Positions 1 to 12,441 of a stretch of DNA of 64,000 nt are shown here, one piece after another. This DNA is from Raillietiella orientalis. Lineage: Eukaryota. A program made the position numbers and the translations under genes. The DNA is taken from assembly GCA_036172245.1 (NCBI GenBank), contig JAYWIR010000004.1:5518001-5582000 (forward strand). Reading direction: 5' to 3'. Under the pieces are notes generated by a model. The model searched no databases and was not told the DNA's origin. It worked only from the letters and a program-made list of their open reading frames with translations. The first letter of the stretch is position 1, and every line of letters begins with the position of its first letter.

Positions 1-522
1 CAATGTTTGCAGAAATACTTTTCCAGAAATGGGAGGTTCTATTGATGGGCTCGCATTTGGAAAAATTCGCTGCAATTGCCAGATTACCATAGATTTTAAG
101 TGCCTCTTTAGAAGCTTTATAATACAAAAACAAATGTCTTCACTGCTATGTACAAATGCGAGTTAGCAAATCACCAAAAAAAAATAAAAATACAGATACA
201 CAAAATCTGTAATATAATTCAAAGTGTACTTTGATCACGAAATCACGACTGCTTGAGTCTGTAATGCGATGGGAGATGTTATGACAGAAAAGTCTTACTT
301 TTCCCGAAATATTTTATAAAAGTACACTCCACAGCTCAGCACAAGAATCCATCGCACCAGTAAACATCTTCAAGATGGAACACATCAACAGGAAGCATTC
401 CACATTACCCGACTGAAAGTCAAGTAATCTAGAAACCAAAGCAGCATCAAAGAAGAAACACCGAAGCCATTTACAAAGAACAGTGATCAGGATCCGCAGG
501 TTCCTTATTTTTCCATATATTT

Positions 523-866
523 CAGAGGTTCCCAAACCACGGCCCGCGGGCAACTTATGGCCCGTCTGCTTTCAGAAAGTGGCCCGCGAAGCCTCAATAT
601 GTAATATAATATATTTTAATAATTACACAAATTTATTGACGTTCAAGTAAATAAATATTATTTTAACGAAAGTTGCAGCAATGCGCGATGTACAGTATTC
701 CAGAGTTTAGCATCTAAAATTCTAAATTATGGTTGCTGAAAGTTAAGAATGATATTGCACGACTTTCATAACTTTATAAACATTGATAATTTTACAACCT
801 TGTGACCCGCTTAATTACAGAAAATAGTAGATATGGCCCTCTACTTGAAAAGCTTGGGAACCACTG
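523..866. mobile_element. Non-autonomous hAT (Buster/Charlie-like) MITE, 344 bp
   Basis: Terminal inverted repeats CAGAGGTTCCCAAAC (523) and GCTTGGGAACCACTG (866). Subterminal (T/C)GGCCC motifs typical of this group. 8-bp target duplication ATATATTT (515-522) / ATCTATTT (867-874), 7/8 identical with central TA. No transposase ORF. Confidence 0.9.
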
Positions 867-3800
867 ATCTATTTGGACCAAAGTGTACTTCCTTTAAAGC
901 ACTGCTCAAAAACGAAACGCGGTCCTGAACGATCCATATTTTCTATACTCTTGCTTTGCCGATTGCCAGAATGAGCCCACACAGACTAAAAGTGCAGTAC
1001 CATTGTCCTACGAAGTTTCTTTCCACTGGATGTACATCCTACTTGTTCATGCCCACGAAAAGAAAAAGGAACGGCAAACTCATGGTCTGTTTCAAACTTC
1101 AGTGTAGGCATTATGCTACTGCAAAAGTAATGCCACAAAGTAACGTGAAAAACATGATTAACAATCTGCAGGTAAAACTCCTCAAAAGGTTTCTTTTGTA
1201 CCAAGATGTTGGCAATGAGAGTTGATAAACAGTAAAAATATGAATTTGAAATCCATGCTTACAAGTGCTTAGTAATTTCCTCAAATTTCAATCATGACTT
1301 ACGAACATTTTCATCTGCAAATAATAAGGCTCACAGATAGAAACACCCTGCTAATTAAAATGAACACAATTCTTCCACTCCATCCAAATCATATAGAGTT
1401 ATCCACTCTAAGAACGCAAACGCAATACCTACATGAATTCATGTTTCCAAAATATAAGCTGTAATGTTGCTTATGTTTTGGAACTTGCAGAAAATCGTGA
1501 AATTTTTACGTGATGAGGCACAACTGGGGCATACGTGCCTTTTGGGGCCTTTTTGTTAAATAGGCAATGCTCAAATCAAATGTGGTGCACCCGTGATAGA
1601 TGGAAGCACTTGATTAACATGGAATAGCTCGTTTAAGTGGGATTTTCCAAGGGTCGCTGTCTATGGAATCGAATGCTTTCCCGCACGTTAGAAAGAATTT
1701 TATGGGATCCAAATAAGCCACGATTGCGAGCACAGAGAGCAACTAACGTTTTTGATAAATGACTCATTTATTCGAACCCAACTCTCTACTGCGATGAAAA
1801 TTAGAAATGAAATATGCAAGTAAGCACGAAATCACACCAGTCCTTGTCTTGGGGATAGCCAGCGTCCAAGGAGCGTTTCGCGAGGATGTTGCTGCTAACA
1901 CCCACACATAGTAGCACCGCACATACTCATCCTATGATGTAGGTGCAATTTTTGGAAGGCTCCTTTACTTTAAAAGGAGTCAGGTACTGCCCAATTGTCA
2001 TCAGCTTGTCTCTCTAAACTCAAATGTTTAGTGCGTGGTTTGGATATCCCAATTCATCCAGAATCACCTTCCCAGGGAAGCCTTCGTTCCTCGTTGCGCC
2101 CTTGTTCGGTTGCATAAGCAAATCACGGAGCGCAAAACGGAACACTTCCAACGAGGGTAGATGCATTTTTCAAGTAATCATGAAAATTCGTCTAACTGCC
2201 TGGGATTTCTGTACAAAGCGTATACACACCTTGGCAACAAGTTCACGTCTGTGAATCACTAAATGCTATAAACTCGAAACATACAGATCACACGCAGTGA
2301 ATGAACGTAATTTCAAAGTTCCGCATTCTCATTTATACCTAGACACTTACCTATGGAGATTTCACAAAACATAATTAAAACATAAAACATAACTGCCTTC
2401 CTGGATGGGCTTTAGGGCTCACATATGCACTATCTTAACAAATGGCAGAATTCTGAATCTGAACCAATCATGAATATTATAGATGTGGAAAGCATTCCCG
2501 CGAAAATCTGAAATTTTTCACAATAATAATCCATTTAAAGTTATGGAAAAAATTCCACATGACTGAAAAGTAAGGGGAACAAGGAACCATGCAGGAGTGA
2601 GCCCATAACCAAAACCACATTACATTACACATGTTATTTTCTATTATAAATAAACAAAAATATATGCTGTGCATGCACTTAGTGAAAATAGTACATACAA
2701 TGCGAGACAATTTGAGAATAGATTCACTAATATAAATACGAAAAGAAAATGAAGGTCAACTTCAAGTTCATTTTGGTTGTTGCCCATCATACTGTATAAC
2801 AAACATCACTCCAATTAAACACTGTAATTAACATGGAAAAATGAATCTTATGCAATGCATAAGTTCACACATAAGTTTACAAATTGCAGTAAAATACATA
2901 CTTCAGTGCTTTTTCTTTTTAAAAAAAAAAATAAATAAAATCAGTTGTGTAACTCATGCATGCAAAATGATAACAAGGTAATGAAGAATCAAGATTTTCA
3001 AGAATCACAAAAACAGGTCATTTCCTTTTTGTAAATAAAAGCAGTGTGACTATTGAGGAAGAATTTTCAAAAGCTTTAGCACAATGTGATCGACGGAATC
3101 GGACCAAGACAATAAAAAATTGTCCAAGAAAAAACTAGGGAAAAACCATGTATCATGGATTCATCAATCAATAGCAAGAATAGAAGATAACATCATACAG
3201 AAATAAGTAATGGATGTTATTCAAATATTTTCAGGAAAACACAACGTTTTCAACCTCTTTGTTTATGATGATTTGATTTGATAAAGTTGCTGATTTGACC
3301 AAATGGACACAGTTCCTCATTTCTAATACACATCCAAATTTTGATAATACAGGAAGCATAATAGAAACAATACTGAAACATTAATTACGATTTGATTGAA
3401 TCTTTCTACCAATTTATTAAAATTTGTTGAATGTTCGAAATTATTGAATCTTTTTCACATCACTTGATCAATCAGAAACTACTTTTACTCACAATAAGGG
3501 AACCACACTGCAACAGGATTTCTGATACAGTGTCATTAAATTAATTTGTACAAAATCTTTTATCGTACGGCATTCCCCTATTGATCAACCTTTTGCATTA
3601 TCAAAGTTGACTTTTATAAAACTTGCCAATCCGTGTGTATTGTCAATAACCAGACCATAACTTCCAAAGTTTTTTATCACGTTGCAAAAATTTGCGAAAT
3701 TGGATCATGTGGCCTTGGGCAATTACAGACTGGGTAAGTTTTTAAGGAACTCATTTTGGAATGGCATTTGAATTGTGCCAGAACTGATACATTATTACAA

Positions 3801-6029
3801 CACTATAAAATTAATCAAAATACAATAATATACATGTATCAAAATACAATAATAATCAAAATCAAAGAGATTACCCAGAAATATACCTGTAGGTTTTATC
3901 GGTGACCACATCATGGCACTAGACGCTCGTCAGCATTTACTTTGAAAACAAATGCATTTTTTTTTCTATTAAATCATTCACTATTTGAATGCAATCCTGC
4001 AATATTCACCGCATACGTAGGGATGAAATCAACAGTACGGCCGAAAGATCGCATTACGGAGCCTGGAGCGCTCAGTATTGCTCATGCGATCACGAAACGT
4101 GCAAACTCTTGGCTCGTAATCCTTTCGGATACAGCAAACGCCTACTGAAGTGATGAAATCAAGTGATGCAAATCAAACCATATTTCAGGTATCGCTGTGA
4201 AATTTTTGGTCAGGATAAATGGGAATCTGTGTGAAGATGCACTATTTCTTAGTACTCACACGCCCAGTCTTACATGTGATAGACGAAATTAACATATCAG
4301 TCACTCTTTGCTCACTTCACATTTTCTGATTACCATTGATTCGTAAAATGTATCTATAGATTCAAGTGACGTATAAATGTTGTAAAAGAGCATTGTTTTT
4401 ATTCAGTAGCTAATTAGTGATGATGAAAAATCTTCTCACACAGAACTGCTGATGCATCATGTGCTGGAAAGGATACTCTGCAGCATACTTTTTCTACTAC
4501 AAGTTTTGGCATGTTATCATTGTTAATCGATCTTTTCAGGCGACATTTTTCCACTAATTAGTTAGACATCAACATTCCATTTTCGTCTCGGCATTTTTTT
4601 GTTCATCTCTCTTTGTTTCCATAAATATCTTTGACTTGATGCGGTTTTTACAAAGATAGTTAACAGTTTATATATTATCAAAGAATGTGAAAATTTCTGA
4701 TTCATTTTGAAGTGAAGCACATTTATGAAATTTGATAAGGTGAAATTAATTATTTAAGCTTTGACTGATACATTAGAGGGGATTGCACACTATCTTATCA
4801 ACTAATGTCCATGCTGAACCATGAATCAGTGAAAGTTAAAAAGGATGAATGGATAAAATTCAGTCGCTTATGTTTCATCACTTCGCTACAGCTGGAAGCA
4901 GGTGTTGCAACATGGAAAAAAGGAATTTGCAGTAAAAAGAAAAGAAAAACTTTACTGACACAAAGACAGATTGCTTTTACTCACAAAATGCCGAATCCTT
5001 TATGCAAACGCGTTGGAATAGGATGTGGAATCTCGCATCTCTCTTGAAGAGATTTTTTTAAAAAAAATTGGATCGCTAAGCCCCACCCTATTCATTACGA
5101 AACTTAGATGTGTCGACAAGTGCATCTAGGGTCATTCCTGTCATTTCAAGAGATATGGCAGGTTCGGAATCAGCTACTGAGATCGGTGGAGATATAGTTT
5201 TCGAGTGTTGATTCAGTTTCGTGTTTTATAATTCAGTTCAGTTTTCCTTGTGCTCAGAGACTGATTGGAACGCCGAAAATTATGAATCGTTGTGCAGAGA
5301 ATGTGATGTCTTGTAGTGGGGACAACGAAAATGTGTGATAAGATCAAAAGTTTTATTCCAAGATATGTTTTTCTCAAATGAGTTTTTTATTTCCCATCTT
5401 TAGTTTTGGATATTGCTGATTTAACAAACATTCGGTGCTACATCGGTGACTTCAATGTAGCCTCAATCTGTGGATTTAGCATATAGGAAAATTCTTCAAA
5501 CTCATTAGTTGGGAGATTAGTAACTACACTGAATGAACAAAAATAATCTCAACACTGAAAGTTTTGCTGTGAAACATTTGGTTTCAAAGTATTTTGAAAT
5601 GATGTTTCAACATTAAAAAAACGTGGCAGGTTTGTACGCTGCCATTAAAAATCTCAAAACCTTATCTTTTAATGTATTCTAAATACTAGTTTCAAGTGTG
5701 AGAAAAAAATTGTTCATGTATACTTTTTATTATGGGATACAACTTTTTACATGCTTTCACAAAAATATGTACATGCACCTTATAATTTTTCAAATACATT
5801 CTGAAACAAAATTAGTCATCAAAAATGTACATTATAAATATGATTTTTGAACTCGTAGAAGTATTCCACACAGTATTTCGCAGAGCTAATTAAAGAATCA
5901 ATGTAAGTTCTTCATTAATTCCATGCATACTCGGAAATTTGGTGCAAGAACCAATACATCCTTCAATATTAAGATGACAAGTCAGCCACATAATCCATGA
6001 CAAATAATCAATCAATGCTGTATATTCAG

Positions 6030-7654
6030 TTAATGTGTAGGATTTCTTCTGTACCAAAATCGGGCACGAAAGTCATCGGAACATGTTAGGAAAGCAGGAG
6101 TACATGTGGAATGGACAAGGAATCGTACAGGTCCATTGTGGCCTACATAATTACTCTTATCACAAATCACATATTACTGTCTATACCTAGTGATAAAAGT
6201 TGTTTTCTGGCAGCAGTACGTGAATCCCAAACACAGAGACTTGTTGTAGCTTCATCTGCATACAACACAAAATCCTCCGAGTGATTAAACACTGCTTGTG
6301 CCCGATGTTCTTGTTTTCCAGTAGTCCCAGCTCCCGTGTATGCAATTAAGCAACGATAGGTGGAGAGTTCCCAGAGCTTCACAAGAGAATCTTTTCCTGA
6401 AGATAACAGGTACTTCACACAAGAAACACAAAAATTAGATAAGCATAAACTTGCATTACTTTTCCATTTCTGGAGAAAACCACAGAGCAAACTTCTGTCC
6501 CTTCATGGGCACCCTGAAACGTATTGATGCAGTGATTGGAAACAGCATCCCATAATTTGATGGATCCATCACGAGAGCAGGATACAAACACACGTGCATC
6601 TGGAGAATAACTGTACTTGTGTGCAAAGTTGGGATTCCGTGTTAAACTTTACCGGACACATAACACTGATCCTGTGTGGTGATGATGTGGAATGCGTGCT
6701 ACATAACACTGGGAAGTTTGTAGATCATACAAACGAATCACATCGTGATTGGTCCCTACTAACATATAGTCTCCAGTAGGGTGGAAAGAAATGCTGCGAA
6801 TCTGATCTGAATCCTGGGAGACATAATATTATCCACAACTTTATTTTGGGTTACTAACAGTAATAGTTTTATTTGCTTTTTTTACTGATGCTTTACTAAA
6901 ATCAAAAAGTTTGACAGTATGATCCCTGCTTCCAGATGCCAAGATTTGTTCTTTAGGATGAAACTCGAGACAGGTTACTTCTTCTAGGTGATCATAGAGA
7001 GTGCGAATCACAGGATGTCCCTGCTGCTCTCCTGAATTTGGTTCAATAGCATCAGGAGCTGACTTAGCAAGCATCCTATCTACATCTAAAATCTGAGCAG
7101 AGATTACAGAATGCTGCCTTCTTCCACTTACCTTAATAGAGGCATCAACACTTCCAGTAGCACACAACTGTCCATCAGTGCTAAATGCACCTGCGCGACA
7201 GTTTCCTTTGTGAGAAGTCACATAAGCAGTTTCATAGAGAGCTGGCTCTGGAGCCACAATCTGAACATCTGTTTCAAATTCCAAATCAATTCCAGGACCA
7301 AGCATCTGGTCAAACCTAGTTTTGTGTCTCCCAGGAATTTCTGCAAGTTGTCAAGAAAACTTTACTCAGAAGGTCATATAATACCATTTTCATGCATCAT
7401 TCCAATTGTTGCTATTTTTAACAACTTGTCTGATGGTGGACATGACTGAATTTGAACTGCACTAGATAAACTGACTGCAATGCTCTGGTGACCATCGTAA
7501 AACAATTGACTTGAGTTTTAAAACATTACATATGGTACATAATTCTCTTTATATATATCTCCTACCTAATCATCATTCTATACAATGCTTCTCTATTTTT
7601 AATTGTGTTTTTTGGATCAAAGGGTGTAATAGAAAAACAATCATGTTCTGGCAT
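6030..7654 (-). CDS. CSTF1: Cleavage stimulation factor 50 kDa subunit (CstF-50), WD40 protein, 435 aa
   Basis: Exons 7654-7566, 7509-7385, 7340-7132, 7092-6859, 6813-6653, 6610-6460, 6412-6187, 6142-6030. All introns are GT-AG, 39-56 nt, with consistent phases; CDS 1308 nt. Translation has the N-terminal dimerisation region ([18 protein letters not shown]), [35 protein letters not shown] repeats and C-terminal [14 protein letters not shown]. Confidence 0.97.
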
Positions 7655-9199
7655 TTTTGCTGATTGTGTTGAAGATTGGAGAATTAAACTTGAAATGCTG
7701 CACTTTTTGCTGCCATACTGATGAATTTTATTCGTATTTTAAAAATACCCAAAAGTTCAGTCTTGTTTTCGATTAAAACTATGCATATTCTGCTGAAATT
7801 TGTAAAAAAAAAAAAAAAATCTTTGTATATATCTTTTTTCCAGCCTCAATAGTTGCTTCTTCAGAGCAGCATTCAACATTTCATGTCACAAAATAAACGA
7901 AATGGCTAGAAATCTCAACAAACAATGTGCAAACATATTTATCCAGAAACAATGCAAATCGAATTTAGAGACTGTTTAACCTCAGGGCTCACCAATGCTC
8001 TAAACCTGCTGCAAAAGATCTTCATGAACATGCACGCATAGAAACGCACCCACTGATCTATTGCAAACGTAACGAAAGAAAAAAAAAAATTGCATGCATT
8101 ACAGGTTATTCATAACTATGACATTGACCACGGTGGAGGAGGTTATTCTTACAGAATGACTTATGCATAATACCCCGTGTCGAAGATGTCTGAACCAAAT
8201 TGCTACCAAGAAAGGAAACATCTCTTTCGGCTCAGCTACCCGGCTCGTTCGGGATGCGCACGAGATTTGTCCGTAGCGCTTCTTGCTATGCGGCATCAAT
8301 GCTTGAAATTTTAGACAAAATCAAATAATAAATGCGATATTATTAAATACAAAAATCAGCTGTTGAGATCAGTTTCAAGTTTTCGGTTTTTCCAGTGAAC
8401 AAAAACGTGATACTTTAACACGCATTCGATGTCACTCGCTCTGTGTGATTCTAGACATTTACTCCACACGAGAGTTCGGTTTTCACATAGCTTCCCATAC
8501 ACAGTCAAAACTTTAGTCCATCGCTCTCATACAGGACTGTGGCCCGGAAACATACATGTACATACGTATATAAGCTTGAAGCATACGCCAGTACTCATAG
8601 AGTAGACGATAGAAATTACATATACCAATACACATATGTGTCTACAGCACCAAATATATATATATATACTAAGTGTATCACTCGTTCTTATTGTGGTAAA
8701 AACAATAAAGCTCTGGTTTTTGAGGGAAAGCTGCAATAAGCTGTTCTATGAAAACAGCTACTGCAATTTGCAAAGTATTGTTCAGCTATCGTGAACCGCT
8801 CATGTGAATTGCTTTTCCCAACAACGCTTTTGGTTGAGTTCTTTGGACACTTTCCTTTTTTTTTTAGGTTTCTTTACAGTCATTGATAACTGTCGATTTG
8901 TAGATGTCTTTTACTCATATGCAGACCACATTCCAGCAACACGTAGCAATTATTTCTTTAAAAAGTCAAGATTATATCAAGCTCCTCTTGTTCCTTCTGG
9001 AGTTTCTAGAGGAACCCTAACGGTCCTCAGAAGCTACTTTTGATTATTTTCTTACAAAATTATTTATTTGTGAATACAACAAGGACAGGAATACCTTTCT
9101 TCTAAAAAAAAAAAAAACAGCATAACCATTCAATGAGTAAATGTTTTCCTTTTCATATTAAAAATCTGATAAAATCTGCTAACAATACACCCTATTCTT

Positions 9200-9900
9200 A
9201 TTGCCTCCCAAACGGTGCCTCCACCACTGGAAACAGGGGAGGGTGGGGGCGGAGTGGGACAGGTGCGGGAAGAAGACCGTCCCGCAACTGCTGTTGGACT
9301 GTGCTGACCTCCGACCCCTTTGGAATCGCCTCGCGACGACCGTAAGATTCCCGGTGGGGACGGCCCCACGGACATTTTCAGACGCCTCTCCGTGCGTAGT
9401 GTCGCACGGCCGCCAGCCGTGTCCCTTGCAGTTCTCTGCTGTGTTCACAGGATCACGGCCACCTGGAACGCAGAAAGAGGACGAAATGGCAGGGATGCCA
9501 TCCACTGGGCACGGATCTTCCTGAAGACCTCCTCGAGATGACCCTACTTGGGCGATCTACGGCCAGAACTTGCCAGGTTGCTGGACAGGATGCAGAGGAT
9601 GCCTGGCAGAGTACTGTGATCCCTTCCTCGGTTCCCTCCCCCTCCCCGTGTTCAATTTTCCCTTTCCTGTTTTGTTTGTTTATTTGTGCTTTTGTTTTCC
9701 CCTCTCCTACGTTGCCGAAGCGGACCTCGACAGTCAGCGTACCGGTATTTGACAGCTTCATTGCACATGCAAATGTATTTGTATTATTTTATATAATAAA
9801 CGCACTGGCATAACCGGGTGATAATCATCCTAGGCCAATAGTAACGATCTCACCGTGAGGTCTCTACTGACCTTTTTTTTTGAAAAAACAAAAAACAAAG
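9200..9900 (+). mobile_element. 5'-truncated L1/Tx1-like LINE: ORF2 C-terminal zinc-knuckle region, 3' UTR, terminal stem-loop and A-rich tail
   Basis: GC-rich island in AT-rich DNA. Translates as LPPKRCLHHW..WDRCGKKTVPQLLLDCADLRPLW (decayed zf-RVT-like motif), with a frameshift and stop. AATAAA at 9795, hairpin at 9833-9872, tail GAAAAAACAAAAAACAAA. Homologous to 28965-29520 and 40340-40540. Confidence 0.8.
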
Positions 9901-12441
9901 TGTTTGAAAAGTCTAAACTATAAATGCAATCTTGATGACTACGGGAATTCTGAAATTTAATGGCAGCTAGATAATCATCTTTCGTATTCGACAATGCATC
10001 CTACTGCAAGGGGAGAGAAAGCAGAGAAAGAATTTAAAGTTCTCACCGTTATATGTTATTCCAGAGACGCAGTATAATCAAAATATCCAAATTGCATGAA
10101 GATTAACAATGGATTCTTTTAGAGTCAGTAATTTAATTCTGGCTTGCGTCATCCACCTACACATTTTCCACTTTAAGTTCTACTTCTGACCATGATGCTC
10201 CTGAACAGCATCATATGAATCACATATGCTTTCAATACATGCAGACACACTAACTTCAATTTGAAAATCCTAAAATAAATCAAAATTAATTTCAACACTA
10301 AGAAAGAACCCAGAAAGAAATTAATAATGGGTCTTTGTTGATTATTTTCATGAATGAAGAACGCTATGTTTTTTTTTCTAACGAGGATGAGAAGGATGTA
10401 TTAAGAACTCAATGATTCTTTGAAAAAAATGAGATTTATTGCAAGCAGTTACAACATTTCTTCATTACGTTTTTCAGAATGCTTCTTTTTCATCCTCAGT
10501 GGCAATTGGAAATGAAAGGCATCATTAGCGACTACATAGTTTTCTTCCTTGCTGCCTTTCTGTGCTCTCTTCACTCTATCTGAATTTCGAGTCCAATTTA
10601 TTCTTTGATCTATTATCCACAAATCTACCCTTTGATTATTTGCAATCGATGAATCTATTTTGTATTCTTTCCATTTTATGTATTAGCACATTTGTTAACT
10701 TTGTTGTCTCATCTAAAATTTTTAAAAGAAACTACAGCTTAATTTTCTACTCTTATGTATAGGATTGCCCTGTGTACGCATGTATTCTCATGTATAAATA
10801 TGAAAGAAACGAGCTCGGAATAGCTAAAACGAGTTTCATTTACAGTATTTGAAAGCATATTCCCAACTAGGAAAATTACAATTGCTTGTGAAAATACTGC
10901 TAACGTATTACTCGATTTGTTTTTTGATTTTAAGTCTTTGATTCTAAAGAGACCATCAAAAGGATATACTTTGCTGGGCACTTCTCTTTATTCAGACAAC
11001 TCATGCAGGGGAAAAAAAAAAAAATGGAAGCCCGGAAATGGAAATCACTGAAATCACCGGAAAAAAAAAGTTACTGAGGACATCAAAGCATTAATTCTTG
11101 CAATAATAAAAGACTCATTATCAGGTCATGTTTGCATTTAAAATGCATGGAGTTTTGTAGAGGTGTCAAAGATAAGAGTCTACAGATGTTTACCAAGAAT
11201 TGTGTTAGGAGAGTTTATCAGACATAAATCAAATAGATAAGTTAGGAAATTGAGTCAAAATGCTGAGATTTATATAGGATGAAAACGGAGTTGGGTGAAA
11301 AGCAATGAATCCCCTCCCGAAAAATCTAGAAAGTAACCTTTAAAAATCTAGAAAACTTAGATAAGATTACTGGAAATTAATTTGGAGAGGAAAGTATTTT
11401 GTTCAAAAAATAGAAGCTGACCGTCAGAGATGATAAAGAAGTTGGGTAAATAGTTAAAGAAAACACTTTGATAAAAATATGGAGTGACTTATGCATACCA
11501 TGAGAATGTAAATATTTGTAAAAATTATGCCTTAATTTGGATGAGAAAAAAAACAATATTTGATGTGGATCTTTCAGATTATTTATTCTGTGCATTTAGG
11601 AATCTCCCATATGTTCTAATTATATGCAAATCTCATGAATTTATCTAGTTTGCAAAACGATGGAATGAATTTTCGTACAGCTTTACTTGCTGCAAGACAG
11701 TACACAGATCTCAGCAAATTGATAACATGAATACTTTTATTTCTATTATTGTTTCCTACGTTCTTAACTAAATGCAGATAACTTCCTCTAGTAGAATCTA
11801 TCAATGTTATGAAGTGATTTAAGTTGATATAATATTGTTAGTGAATATTCATATTAATTTACAGAGTTGCAGAAGTAGGATTTATGCTCCTCATCATAGG
11901 TATATTCCGTACTCTTTCCATTTAGCATTTAGTAACTTTCGAAGATTGAAACATAGTCATGGTTCTAGATATAATTATCGAATAATAATTCTGATGATCT
12001 AAAACAACTGTTTTTTGTAAGCATCTGATAAAAAATATACAAATGATTTTTTGATTAAATGTTTCTTTGCACTTGTTTTACGTGTTATAATCTTTGAAAA
12101 ATTTTTCAGCTCTGTATTCATTTTACTATCTACATTATGATTTTTAATTGCGTATTATTTCTATTGCGTATTATTTTAAATTACGTAATATATTACAAAC
12201 AGTTGATTTGTTTTCTCTCTATATGCAATACTTTATAATAATGAAATTTATACTAAGATTATTTGATTTTTGAATCAAACATTTAATTTCTTTTTAAATA
12301 TAGCTGATATTGGCAAGAGTGCTTCGAAATATGTTTTGATTGTGGTGCGGTAAACTGTAGTTGCATGTGCTTGTGGATATTTCAAAAAGTTATGCTCAAA
12401 TCTACATTAAGAGTTTGATTCTGTTATTCCATCCATTTAGT

